The notes: a model not told the origin generated them from the sequence alone. A stretch of 56,156 bases of DNA from Desulfuromonas sp. (GCA_002868925.1 PKTZ01000163.1:1-56156), one strand, 5' to 3'; positions 30,943-41,122 are shown, counted from the first letter of the stretch. Numbers and translations are program-made.

Positions 30943-32919
30943 ATGACTTCCAGCAAAATAATCATTCTGCTTTTATTCAGCGCTTCCGGACTCGCTTTCG
31001 TCTGGAGCCTCTATCGCCGGCTCAGCCTGGTCCAGCTCGGACAGGGTAAAGGTCGCTTCGACCGCTTCGGCGAGCGGTTCGGCAACATGCTGCTCTACGC
31101 CTTCGGCCAGAAAAAGGTGCTGGCCCGCCCTTACGGCGTCAACCACGCCATCTTCTTCTGGGCCTGCCTGTTCCTGGTCGCGGTCAACCTCGAGTTCGTC
31201 CTCGCCGGCATCTTCCCGGCCCTGCACCTGTCGCACCTGCCGGACGCCCTCTACGTACCGATCCGGCTCGGCTCCGACCTTTTCAGCTTCCTCACCCTCG
31301 GTGCGGTCGCGGCCGCCCTGGTGCGGAGAACCTTCTTCCCGCTCTACCCGGAAGCGCGCAACATCGAAGGCTACTTCATCGTTATCATCATCGCCGTGCA
31401 TATGCTCGCTTACTTCGGTATCAACGCCACCGAAATCGCTCAAGGTCAGGAACGGGCCAGCGCCTGGATGCCGATCTCGCTGTTCGCTTCCGGCTTTATC
31501 AAGGGCGCATCGCCGGCCGAACTGGCCTCGCTGCACAGCCTGTTCTGGTGGGTCCATGCCGTCGCCCTGCTGGTGATCTTCAACTACCTTATCCCGTTCA
31601 GCAAGCATCTGCATGTCATCACCGCCATCGGCAACTGCTTTTTCCGCGACCTCGACAAACCGAACACCCAGCCCCGCGAAACCTTCGAGATCGGGGCTGA
31701 CTTCGGGGCCGACTCGGTCGCCAAGCTCTCGTGGAAAGATCTCTTCGATTCCTTCGCCTGCACCGAATGCGGTCGTTGCGAAGAGGCCTGCCCGGCCCAC
31801 CATACCGGTAAAAAGCTCTCGCCGCGCCAGCTGATCCACGACATCAAGCAGAACCTGCTCGCCAACCGGGAGGCGATCAAAAACGGCCAGGAACCGCCGC
31901 TGCCGCTGATCGGCGAAAATGGTGAAGGGAGCTGTTCGGAAGAGTCGATCTGGGACTGCACCACCTGCGGTGCCTGCCTGCAGGCCTGCCCGGTCTTCAT
32001 CGAGCATCCGCTCAAGACGGTCAAACTGCGTCGCCACCTGGTGCAGGAGAAGTCGAGCTTCCCGGAAGAACTGCTTAACCTATTCGAGAACAGCGAGCAG
32101 CGCTTCAACCCCTGGGGAATTCCGCCCTCCGACCGCGGCAAGTGGTGCCAGCCCTTCGGCGACCGCACCTTCGATGCCGAGCAGAACGAGTACCTCTTCT
32201 TCGTCGGCTGCGCCGGCGCCTTCGACAACCGGAGCAAGCACGTCACCGCCGCCGTCGCCATGATCATGGAGGCCGCCGGTGTCACCTGGGGCATCCTCGA
32301 CAAAGATGAACTCTGCTGCGGCGACTCGCTGCGGCGGCTCGGCAACGAATACGTCTTCGATCAACTGGCCGCAAAAAACGTCGCCCTGTTCAAGGAGCGG
32401 GGGGTCAAGAAGATCGTCACCCAGTGCCCGCACTGCTTCACCACCCTGGCCAACGATTACCGGCAGTACGGTCTCGACATCGAGGTCATCCACCACAGTG
32501 AGCTGATCGAGAAGTTGCTCGCCGAGAACAAGCTCACGCTGCCCCAACAAAAGAAGCAGGGCAAGATGCTGTTCCACGACTCCTGCTACCTCGGCCGCCA
32601 CAACGACAACTTCGACGCACCGCGTCAGGTACTCAAGCAGGCGACCGGCAGCAGCCTGCTAGAATTCGGACGCAACCGGGAGAACGGCTTCTGCTGCGGC
32701 GCCGGCGGCGGCCGCATGTGGATGGAAGAGTTGAGCGGGACCCGCATCAACCGCGAGCGGGTCCAGGAAGCGTTGCAGCAGAAACCGGAAACCATCTGTA
32801 CCGCCTGCCCCTACTGCATGACCATGCTCGGCGACGGGCTCAAGGACGAAGGGGCCGGCGAGGTCAAGGTCAAGGATATCGCCGAGGTGGTCGCCGAGGC
32901 GCTGGAGGGTCAAGCCTGA
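30943..32919 (+). CDS. Membrane heme b/Fe-S oxidoreductase (FadF/DUF224, ETF:menaquinone oxidoreductase-like)
   Basis: TM domain with His ligands (NHAIFF, VHML, WVHA, KHLH); CTECGRCEEACP, CTTCGACLQACP; two CCG domains. Confidence 0.9.
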   Translation: MTSSKIIILLLFSASGLAFVWSLYRRLSLVQLGQGKGRFDRFGERFGNMLLYAFGQKKVLARPYGVNHAIFFWACLFLVAVNLEFVLAGIFPALHLSHLPDALYVPIRLGSDLFSFLTLGAVAAALVRRTFFPLYPEARNIEGYFIVIIIAVHMLAYFGINATEIAQGQERASAWMPISLFASGFIKGASPAELASLHSLFWWVHAVALLVIFNYLIPFSKHLHVITAIGNCFFRDLDKPNTQPRETFEIGADFGADSVAKLSWKDLFDSFACTECGRCEEACPAHHTGKKLSPRQLIHDIKQNLLANREAIKNGQEPPLPLIGENGEGSCSEESIWDCTTCGACLQACPVFIEHPLKTVKLRRHLVQEKSSFPEELLNLFENSEQRFNPWGIPPSDRGKWCQPFGDRTFDAEQNEYLFFVGCAGAFDNRSKHVTAAVAMIMEAAGVTWGILDKDELCCGDSLRRLGNEYVFDQLAAKNVALFKERGVKKIVTQCPHCFTTLANDYRQYGLDIEVIHHSELIEKLLAENKLTLPQQKKQGKMLFHDSCYLGRHNDNFDAPRQVLKQATGSSLLEFGRNRENGFCCGAGGGRMWMEELSGTRINRERVQEALQQKPETICTACPYCMTMLGDGLKDEGAGEVKVKDIAEVVAEALEGQA

Positions 32920-32947
32920 ATACAGGCTGTTTCATCCTTAAAACCTG

Positions 32948-32979
32948 ACGGGGACGGAAATTATTCCGTCCCCGTTTTT
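32948..32979 (+). terminator. Intrinsic terminator of the etf cluster
   Basis: ACGGGGACGGAA-atta-TTCCGTCCCCGT followed by Ts. Confidence 0.8.
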
Positions 32980-33050
32980 GTACGATGACCCGATATACTT
33001 TTAGGTAGCACAGGACTTCGTATCAACTCCAGGTTGATCCCCTATCAGGC

Positions 33051-35303
33051 TCATTCAGCGACGGAAATTTCATAGAAGATCTCATCGGCGGCACTCAAGA
33101 TATCGACCGGAGGGTTATAACCTATTTCTTTTGCCGTCTTCATGTTAATCGCAAACTTGGGCGGGTTACGAAATACCTGGGTTAACTGCCTTGGCTTCGC
33201 ACCGTTAAATATTTTGGCGATGGTTGTCGCGTAAAAACGCCCGATACCGGAGAAATCTTTCACCGAGACACTCAACAGTGATCCATGTTTGACTTCATCG
33301 GACAAACCCTGCGAGAAAGTGGGGACTTTGTGCTTGTTGAGTGGGGCAAGAATATTCGGTAAATTTTTCAACGACACTCCAGGATGGCGAGCAATGAAAG
33401 CGGCATCGACTTTTGGTGCGAGAGTCGCATAGCATTGCGCAATATTTTCTTCTGCCTGCTCCTGGGAGAGGTCTTTAAAGTCTGCATAGCAGGGAATAAA
33501 TTGAACGCCGAGCTTGGCGCACATCTTTTCAACATTGCCGATGGCGCCAATGGCTCTGCCTGCTTCGGTGTCTTCAAAAGCGACCCCCAGTTTTTTAAAC
33601 TTGAAAAAGTCATAAAAAAGGGTGACCTGCCGTTCATGTCGGGTCGGGTCGATTTTGGCGTGGATATGATCGTAGCCGGAGTCCTCAACACTTTTGATGA
33701 TCTTCGCCTCGAGTGGGTCTGTCGTGGATGCCACCAGTGTTGGTGTGTGATGCTGATCGTTGGCCATGTCCTGTCCTGCCCAGGTGCCGAGAGCTAAAAT
33801 CAGATCAAGGTCTTTCTGCGTGTTAAGACGATTAATGAGTGTCTCTTGCGTGCGAGGACGCTGTGATTTATCCCAGCGTGAATCATAATAAGCATCCGTG
33901 CGGAATTCCACAAAATCACTTTTAAGTTCGGATGCCATCCAGGACCATAATTTGTCGGTGTCTTTTTCATTTTCCTGAAGGGGGATCTCCTGCTTTTCAA
34001 CCCAGCCCAAATCCATTAAAGCTTCAACGATGGCAACGAGGGAGGTCTGATATGACTTGTAAGCACCACCCTGAAGGTAGCCGATGCTCCACTTCTTACC
34101 GTTGTTGGTTCTGGGGGCAGTGGCGAAGTCGGCGGCGGGGCTTTGCTGCTCAATCGTTCTGAAAATTTCATCGGCGGCAACCAGAACTTCCACCGGGGGG
34201 GTATAGCCGATTCTGTTGGCGGTTTCGAGATTCAGTGCGAGTTTGGTTGGATCTTCATACAGCATTGGCAACTCGCCAGGTTTTGCACCGTTGAAAATCT
34301 GTCCAGCTGTTCGGGCGTGAAACTCGCCAACATCCTTGAACTTGCTCCGGGCAATACTCATCAGCGCTCCGAGTTTAACCATCCCTAGCCCCGGTTGCGA
34401 AAAGGTCGGGATCTTCTTCGCGAGAAGAGGCTTAATGATTTCGGGCATGTTTTCAGCATTGACCCCTGTTTGATTGGTAATGTAGAGAGCGTCTACCTTT
34501 TCTGCCAGCTCCTGGTGGCACTTGTTGACGCTGGCGTTTGCGGCGTTAATATCCGGTGTACTGTTAAGGGTAAAACATTCAACGACCTCAAAACCTCTCT
34601 CCCGGGAAACTTTTCGAATGGTCTCTATCGCCGCATAGGTTCTTCCCTCGGCGCTATCTTCGTATGCGACACCGAGCTTTCTAAACCCAGTAAGATCATG
34701 GAACAGACGAACCTGACGTTCATAGCGGCCGGGGTCGACCCGCGCATGGAGGTTGCTGAGGCCAGAATCTTCTGCGCTCACAACGATATTGGCCCTGATC
34801 GGATCGCTGGAAGAAAAAACCATGGTCGCTGTACGGTTCTGCTTATCCGCAAGATCCTGTCCGGCCCATGTCCCCATCGCAATCATGAAATCAATGTCCG
34901 AATTTGCGCCGAGTCGCTGCAGAATATTCTTTTTGGTCTTTGTTCTTTTTTTCTTGTCCCAGTTGTTCGAGTAGAAACCATCCTCAACAAAAACGAGGTA
35001 ATCGCTTTTGCCATGGGTTACAAGCCATTGCCAGACCTCTTTTGCATTTGCCGGTTCAGTAAATGCCGGGAAGAATGGATCTTCAAGCCAATTCAGTTTG
35101 ACCAGGCCATTGACGAAGGCAATCAGGTTTTGCGGGTAGTTCTGGAACGGTCCTCCCTCGAGGTAACCAATACGGATTTTTTGTTCCTGTTTTAGCTGGG
35201 GGGTCGCAGAGAATTCGGTTGCATTAACGCTCATGGCACTGGCGGAGATAATAAAGCAAAACAGTAGCGTTATTGCCCCGGTTTTAATGGTGTGAAAAAG
35301 CAT
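33051..35303 (-). CDS. Periplasmic protein with two tandem ABC substrate-binding (type I) domains
   Basis: Signal peptide; internal duplication (IGYLEGG...GTWAGQDLA vs IGYLQGG...GTWAGQDMA; PTFSQ twice). Confidence 0.85.
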   Translation of the reverse strand: MLFHTIKTGAITLLFCFIISASAMSVNATEFSATPQLKQEQKIRIGYLEGGPFQNYPQNLIAFVNGLVKLNWLEDPFFPAFTEPANAKEVWQWLVTHGKSDYLVFVEDGFYSNNWDKKKRTKTKKNILQRLGANSDIDFMIAMGTWAGQDLADKQNRTATMVFSSSDPIRANIVVSAEDSGLSNLHARVDPGRYERQVRLFHDLTGFRKLGVAYEDSAEGRTYAAIETIRKVSRERGFEVVECFTLNSTPDINAANASVNKCHQELAEKVDALYITNQTGVNAENMPEIIKPLLAKKIPTFSQPGLGMVKLGALMSIARSKFKDVGEFHARTAGQIFNGAKPGELPMLYEDPTKLALNLETANRIGYTPPVEVLVAADEIFRTIEQQSPAADFATAPRTNNGKKWSIGYLQGGAYKSYQTSLVAIVEALMDLGWVEKQEIPLQENEKDTDKLWSWMASELKSDFVEFRTDAYYDSRWDKSQRPRTQETLINRLNTQKDLDLILALGTWAGQDMANDQHHTPTLVASTTDPLEAKIIKSVEDSGYDHIHAKIDPTRHERQVTLFYDFFKFKKLGVAFEDTEAGRAIGAIGNVEKMCAKLGVQFIPCYADFKDLSQEQAEENIAQCYATLAPKVDAAFIARHPGVSLKNLPNILAPLNKHKVPTFSQGLSDEVKHGSLLSVSVKDFSGIGRFYATTIAKIFNGAKPRQLTQVFRNPPKFAINMKTAKEIGYNPPVDILSAADEIFYEISVAE

Positions 35304-35667
35304 GCGTCACTCCTTAAGCTATCCGTCCAGCAAAGAATTGCTTGCTGCTGAAACTGCAACGAAATTGACTTGATGGCACTTCTTGAATATAGAAATTCAT
35401 AAGAATGTTACTATGGGGCCATTTGATGTTCAAGACCATTGCTTGCTATTTATCGAGATACTTCGGTACAATGATACGTTCAGATGATACGTGTCGAGAC
35501 AGGTGACAGGCTGAGACCTGTATGCGTTAATCTGTAGATAGTAAATTTACGCACACGCTTAATGGGCGCCGGAAGCATCAACAAGAATGACTGCGCGCCT
35601 TGTTCAAGGGGATGGCAGTATTGCAAATAATGTGTGATGGTCTCCTTGGGGGAATCAAGCATTGCGG

Positions 35668-38535
35668 ATGAGCAGTCTCAAAACGAAAGCTTTTCAAGGC
35701 CTGTTTGTCATTTTCTGTCTGAGTGCCGCGATGGTGCTCTATGTTGGCGTTCGTGAAGTCGGCCCGGCATTGGGCGAGGCTAAAGAACAATCCGTTGACA
35801 ATATTTTTCGGCTGGTTGATCTGAATGTAATCGATACTTATAACTATTTACTTAATGAAAAAATTGCTGATATCGATCGCTATAAGCAGAGGCTTTACAG
35901 TGATGTCGAATTAGCCGTAATCACTTTTGATCAGCTTGACAGGTCCGGGGTTGACCGATCTGTGGCACAGGAGTCCGCCCTTAAGTGGATTCTTCAGACA
36001 AGAGAAAAGCTTAACACAGACTGGCGGATTATTAGTAAGTCTGGCCAGTATATCAGCCATCCCGACACGCAACGCATCGGGACTTCAGCCCTCAAGGTGA
36101 AGGATCTTTTCGGCCGGCCTGTGGTCGAAAAGGTTTCCTCCGATGATTTCAACCAAAAATCCGAATACATTGTCTTCAATGACCCGTTCAAAAGGGGCGG
36201 AAAGCAGCTCGGTATATTCTATTATTTTTCTACCTGGGACTGGGTCATTGCCCATATGGTTGATTTGGGTGATGTTGAATTTAACTACAATCAAAAACAG
36301 CAGGAAGTTCTGCAGGACCTCCAAAACAGCTTCAACCAGATAAACCTGCCCGGCAACGGCAGCGCCTTTATATTTAACAGTCAACTGCAAAGCCTCGTTG
36401 CCCCGAAAAAAAGTTTTTCAGATACCTATCTGCCGCAACTGGATAAAATCCAGAAGCAGATCATTGCGAATGTCAAAACCTCATCGGACGGCGAGGCCTC
36501 CCCGTCTTTTATACTGATTGAAAATGAGCTGCCGGGGAAGGACTCTTTGCAGGTCTATGCTTCTTATTCGGAGCTCTTTGACTTTTACACGGCTGTTGCA
36601 AGTCCCGAAGCAGCACTGATCAAACCTGTCTCCAACCTGCTGTGGCAGCAGGGGACAGTAGTGGCCTTGATTTTTTTAATCGGGTTCATGCTCGCCCTCA
36701 TGTATCTCAATAAAATTACGACTCCGCTGCTACAGCTTGTTGCAACGATGCGCAAAGTCTCCGAGACAGGCAACTATTCTTTGCGAAGCGACCGGGACTC
36801 CAATGATGAAATTGGTCTGCTCGTTGATGGTTTTAACGAGATGCTCCAGCAAATTGAAGTGCGGGGACATGAACTCGAGGATCACAAGAAATTTCTTGAA
36901 CAGACGGTTTCCGAAAGAACAGCAGAATTACATGAATCAGTAAAATCGCTTGAATTGGCCAAGCAAAGTGCGGATCTGGCGAATCAGTCCAAATCGACTT
37001 TCCTGGCCAACATGACGCATGAGTTGAGAACCCCCCTGGTCGGAATCATGGGCATGAATGAACTCATGATCGAAAGCCGACTTGACGATCACCAACGCTT
37101 CCTGGCCAAGACGATAGAGGGGTCTGCCCAGGACCTTCTTCAGTTGATCAACCAAATCCTCGATTTTTCCCGCATCGAAACGGATAACCTGCAGTTGCAT
37201 CCTGAACCGGTCGACCTTCTTGAACTGGTTGAAAATGTGGTTTTCCTGATCGGGAAAATCGCCTACCAAAAAGGATTGGATGTCGTCCTTAACGTTGACT
37301 CAGATGCCTCCTGGCAAGTTATGGCCGATCCTCAAAGAATACGGCAAATTCTGCTGAATCTTATTAGTAATGCCATCAAATTTACAGAGCAAGGGTATGT
37401 CGGTATAGAATTGACCCGTTCCGAGAATGATCATTTCTGCTTCAAAATATCAGATACTGGTATCGGCCTGACTGCTCAAGAGCAAGAGATTGTATTTGAA
37501 GCCTTCTCACAAATTGATGAGACCAGTGCGCGGGTTTTTGATGGCACCGGTCTCGGCCTTTCGATCGTCAGGGAGCTGGTTGAGCTTATGTCAGGCCAGG
37601 TCCGTGTTGAAAGCCAACCCGGTGTCGGTTCTATTTTCGAGGTTGAGCTAACTTTCCCCCTCGTACAGGAGACATTCATCCAACTCCCCGAGTCGCTGCA
37701 CGAAGAGTCGGCCCTTCTTTACGATCCTTGTCAGGCAACGCGTGATGCCTATCGAAAGCTTTTGTCCGACCTCGGGTTTTCCACAGTTCTTGTTTTTTCC
37801 GATACCGGCGATGCTTTACGAAAACTAGAATCAGCGGCGCAAGATAACAGCCCTTTCGAATTGGTGGTTTTGGCGAGTGGGGGCACCGGTTCTGAGCTTG
37901 ACAAGTTGATCCGACATGCAGAAAAGGCCAGCCGGACTCTTGTCTGCCTGCAGAAGGGCCTTACCGGGTCGACGGGACAGAGTGGTGTCATCTTCGTTTA
38001 TGGCCCCGCCCTCCGCCGGGACCTGATCAAGCATTATGTGCAGAATCAAGACGGGACAAACCAGGAAAGCCAACAGACGCTAGAACCTAACCCGGCGAGT
38101 CTTGAAAGAGTAACAGCCTCTCAAAACAGCCGTATCCTGATTGTTGATGACAAGGAGACGAACCGGATGCTGGTGCGCCTGATCCTTGATAAGTACGGCT
38201 GGGAATATGATGAAGCGGCTAACGCTGATGAAGTTTTTATTGCCATCGCCCACCAGGATTATAGTCTGATCCTCATTGACATCAACCTGCCCGGCACGGA
38301 TGGTATGCAAATAACACAATCTCTTCGCGAACAGGGGCTGGATACACCGATCTATGCGATGACCGCACATGGCGAAGAGCATGTCTTTGAGCTTTGTGTG
38401 AAATCAGGTATGCAGGGCATTCTGCGCAAGCCTTTCCGTAAAAGAGAGCTTCTGGCGATTTTGGAAAATCACCAGAAGCACGCGCAAGAGAACGATCAAG
38501 AGGATCATTCTCAACCCCTGCGATGCCTCAATTAG
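35668..38535 (+). CDS. Hybrid sensor histidine kinase (Cache-HAMP-HisKA-HATPase-degenerate REC-REC)
   Basis: Two TMs, DEIGLLVDGFNEM, FLANMTHELRTPL, NLISNAIKFT, DTGIG, GTGLGLSI, ILIVDD..LIDINLP..KPF. Confidence 0.92.
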   Translation: MSSLKTKAFQGLFVIFCLSAAMVLYVGVREVGPALGEAKEQSVDNIFRLVDLNVIDTYNYLLNEKIADIDRYKQRLYSDVELAVITFDQLDRSGVDRSVAQESALKWILQTREKLNTDWRIISKSGQYISHPDTQRIGTSALKVKDLFGRPVVEKVSSDDFNQKSEYIVFNDPFKRGGKQLGIFYYFSTWDWVIAHMVDLGDVEFNYNQKQQEVLQDLQNSFNQINLPGNGSAFIFNSQLQSLVAPKKSFSDTYLPQLDKIQKQIIANVKTSSDGEASPSFILIENELPGKDSLQVYASYSELFDFYTAVASPEAALIKPVSNLLWQQGTVVALIFLIGFMLALMYLNKITTPLLQLVATMRKVSETGNYSLRSDRDSNDEIGLLVDGFNEMLQQIEVRGHELEDHKKFLEQTVSERTAELHESVKSLELAKQSADLANQSKSTFLANMTHELRTPLVGIMGMNELMIESRLDDHQRFLAKTIEGSAQDLLQLINQILDFSRIETDNLQLHPEPVDLLELVENVVFLIGKIAYQKGLDVVLNVDSDASWQVMADPQRIRQILLNLISNAIKFTEQGYVGIELTRSENDHFCFKISDTGIGLTAQEQEIVFEAFSQIDETSARVFDGTGLGLSIVRELVELMSGQVRVESQPGVGSIFEVELTFPLVQETFIQLPESLHEESALLYDPCQATRDAYRKLLSDLGFSTVLVFSDTGDALRKLESAAQDNSPFELVVLASGGTGSELDKLIRHAEKASRTLVCLQKGLTGSTGQSGVIFVYGPALRRDLIKHYVQNQDGTNQESQQTLEPNPASLERVTASQNSRILIVDDKETNRMLVRLILDKYGWEYDEAANADEVFIAIAHQDYSLILIDINLPGTDGMQITQSLREQGLDTPIYAMTAHGEEHVFELCVKSGMQGILRKPFRKRELLAILENHQKHAQENDQEDHSQPLRCLN

Positions 38536-38788
38536 GCACCAACAACAAAGCTTCTCGCATGCGCATAAACTGGATGCGATACCAAGCTGAATCCCTTTTT
38601 ATCGATCACAACTTAATAAAAACCACACAACTCCTTGTAAACAGAGTATGAGCTTGCAATATCAGGAAATCGGTCTCTAACACGAACCAATCCCCGCCCC
38701 CAAACTCCTGCCGCGACACGAAAAGAGACGTGATTTCTCCCCCCTTCTGTGTTAAGTTTTGTGGCGATTTTCACCAAGGGAGAGTGCA

Positions 38789-39721
38789 ATGTCCGAAACG
38801 ATCTACGATGTTATTATAATCGGTGGCGGCCCGGCCGGGCTGACCGCCGGTCTTTACACTTCACGCGCCAAACTAAAGACCCTGCTGCTCGAACGGATGA
38901 TCATGGGCGGCCAGGTCATGACCACGACCAAGGTCGAGAACTACCCCGGCTTCCCGGGCGGGATCGACGGCCCCGAGTTGATGATGAAGTTCCAGGAACA
39001 CTGCCAGGAGTTCGGGCTCGAAGTGGTCACCGGTGAGGCGGAAGGTCTGGTCGACAACGGCGACTATAAGAGCCTGACCGTCGACGGCAAGGAGATCAAG
39101 ACCCGGTCGGTGATCATCACCACCGGCGCCGAACCGAGCAAGCTCGGTATCGACGGCGAGGCGAGCCTGGTCGGTCGCGGCGTCTCCTACTGCGCCACCT
39201 GCGACGGCGCCTTCTTCCGCGATGTCGAGGTGGCGATCATCGGCGGCGGCGACACCGCGGCCGAGGAAGCCCTCTTCCTCACCCGCTTCGCGAGCAAGGT
39301 TTACCTGATCCACCGCCGCGACGAGCTGCGCGCCACCAAGATCCTGCAGGACCGGATCGCGTCGAACGAGAAGATCGAGGTTCTGTGGGACACGGTGGTC
39401 GAAAAAGCGAATGGCGACAACAGCGGACTGACCTCGGTCACCCTGAAGAATCTCAAGAGCGGCGAGAGCAGCGAACTGCCGCTGGCCGGCATGTTCATCG
39501 CCATCGGCGTCACCCCGAAGGCGCACTTTCTGGCAGAAATCCTGGAGCTCGACGCCGACGGTTACATCCTGACCGACGCCGAATGCCGAACCTCGATGCC
39601 GGGTGTCTTCGCCGCCGGTGACGTACGCAAGAAGATTCTCAAGCAGATCGCGACCGCGGTCGGTGACGGCGCCGTGGCGGCGATCATGGCAGAGAAATAC
39701 CTCGACGGTTTCGTCGAATAA
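38789..39721 (+). CDS. trxB: Thioredoxin-disulfide reductase
   Basis: GGGPAGLTAG, VENYPGF, SYCATCDG, GGGDTAAEEA, AAGDV. Confidence 0.97.
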   Translation: MSETIYDVIIIGGGPAGLTAGLYTSRAKLKTLLLERMIMGGQVMTTTKVENYPGFPGGIDGPELMMKFQEHCQEFGLEVVTGEAEGLVDNGDYKSLTVDGKEIKTRSVIITTGAEPSKLGIDGEASLVGRGVSYCATCDGAFFRDVEVAIIGGGDTAAEEALFLTRFASKVYLIHRRDELRATKILQDRIASNEKIEVLWDTVVEKANGDNSGLTSVTLKNLKSGESSELPLAGMFIAIGVTPKAHFLAEILELDADGYILTDAECRTSMPGVFAAGDVRKKILKQIATAVGDGAVAAIMAEKYLDGFVE

Positions 39722-39745
39722 CAAAAATAAAAAACGATTCTTTCC

Positions 39746-39773
39746 AGAGCGGCCCTTGCGGGCCGCTTTTTTT
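39746..39773 (+). terminator. trxB terminator
   Basis: AGCGGCCC-ttgc-GGGCCGCT followed by Ts. Confidence 0.8.
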
Positions 39774-39843
39774 GTGCAATACTCATAACTATTCGAATTT
39801 ATTACATTCTATACGCCATATATCTTGAATTCAGGAGGGGAAA

Positions 39844-40530
39844 ATGCTGGCAAAAGTACTGTCCGGGGCACTGCTCGGGATCGACGCCTACCCGGTTGAG
39901 GTCGAAGTCGATATCGCCCAGGGGTTACCGCAATTCGCAACGGTCGGCCTGCCGGAAGGGGCGGTCAAGGAGAGCAAGGACCGGATCAAGTCGGCGATCA
40001 AAAATTCCGGCTACGAATTCCCGGCCCGCCGGATCACGATCAACCTGGCGCCGGCCGATATCCGCAAGGACGGCGCTGCTTTCGACCTGCCGATGGCGGT
40101 CGGCCTGCTGCAGGCGACCGGCACCCTCAAGCCGGAGCAGGAAAAACCCTACCTGCTGATGGGCGAACTCTCGCTCGACGGCCGGATCAAGCCGGTCCGC
40201 GGTGTCCTGCCGGTGGCGGTCGCCGCCCGTGACTGGGAGATCGCCGGCCTGATCGTGCCGCTGGAAAACGCCCGCGAAGGGGCGCTGGCCGGCGGCAAGC
40301 CGGTCTACGGCGCCGCCTCTCTCGGCGAAGTCGTCGACTTCATCGCCGGCAAAAACGTGATTGAGCCCTGCCGGGTCGAACCGGAAACCCTGTTCAACGA
40401 CCTGCTGAGCAGTGCCGAGGATTTTGCCGAGGTTCGCGGCCAGGAGCACACCAAGCGGGCTCTGGAAATTGCTGCTGCCGGCTCACACAACCTGTTATCG
40501 CGTTTATACCTTCACCACTTGGCGCGGTGA
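39844..40530 (+). pseudogene. comM: Truncated ComM/YifB Mg-chelatase-like ATPase
   Basis: VGLPEGAVKES, ITINLAPAD, GELSLDG, VRGQEHTKRALEIAAAGSHNLL, then loss of homology and a stop at 228 aa, before Walker A (family length about 500 aa). Confidence 0.85.
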
Positions 40531-40699
40531 GAACCTGGCTAAGCCGCTTGCCAAAGACCTGATCAACATGCTGAAGCAGAAAACCGAGGAGCAGGCCTAT
40601 AAAATTTATTTTGTGCCGACCTCCGGCCTGCGCGCAGCCGGTTGGCAGTTTGCTGACAACGAGTTGGTCGGCGAACCGCAACGGGTCAGCAAAGAATAA
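40496..40699 (+). pseudogene. Orphan 3' fragment of an unidentified gene fused behind the comM break
   Basis: Protein-like frame YRVYTFTTWRGENLAKPLAKDLINMLKQK...VSKE* with no SD/start at the junction; terminator follows. Confidence 0.45.
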
Positions 40700-40728
40700 C
40701 TTTTTCAGAAAGATCCGTCCATTTATCG

Positions 40729-40755
40729 GGGATCCGTTTTCGGATCCCTTTTTTT
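40729..40755 (+). terminator. Intrinsic terminator
   Basis: GGGATCCG-tttt-CGGATCCC followed by T7. Confidence 0.8.
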
Positions 40756-40870
40756 ATACCCTCCGCACCATCCAGTGAAATAGTTTTCACAAACTTTCCC
40801 GCTTTTATGACAGAACTTCTATTGTTGCCCGCCGCCTCTCTCATTAAAATGACCGTTCGAGAGGGAAGCA

Positions 40871-41122
40871 ATGAACTATAAAATCAATACACTCTATGTA
40901 AGCGATGTCACAATCAACGCGACCACGAAGTGCGCCAAGGAACATGCCTGTCTCTCCGGCGGTGGTGTCGGCCTCTGTTCGGTCGAGTACTGCATCAACC
41001 AGGGGCTGACCTTCGTTGAATGTGTCGATGAAAAAGAGTGTCCCTACTGCACCCCTTTCGGCAGCAGCAATATCTGCCTCTGCCCGGTCCGCAACGAGCT
41101 CTTCAACAAGTACAAGATCTGA
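40871..41122 (+). CDS. Small Cys-rich hypothetical protein
   Basis: 83 aa with 9 Cys; CPYC...ICLCPVRNELFNKYKI; GAGGGA SD. Confidence 0.75.
   Translation: MNYKINTLYVSDVTINATTKCAKEHACLSGGGVGLCSVEYCINQGLTFVECVDEKECPYCTPFGSSNICLCPVRNELFNKYKI

Noticed and set aside
35370-35625. sigma54 promoters (TGGCAC, TGGCAG) between the binding protein and kinase genes
   Set aside because: GG-N10-GC spacing is not met
40528-40530. TGA in comM as selenocysteine, readthrough or frameshift
   Set aside because: Homology is lost about 10 codons earlier, and no frame downstream contains the Walker A motif
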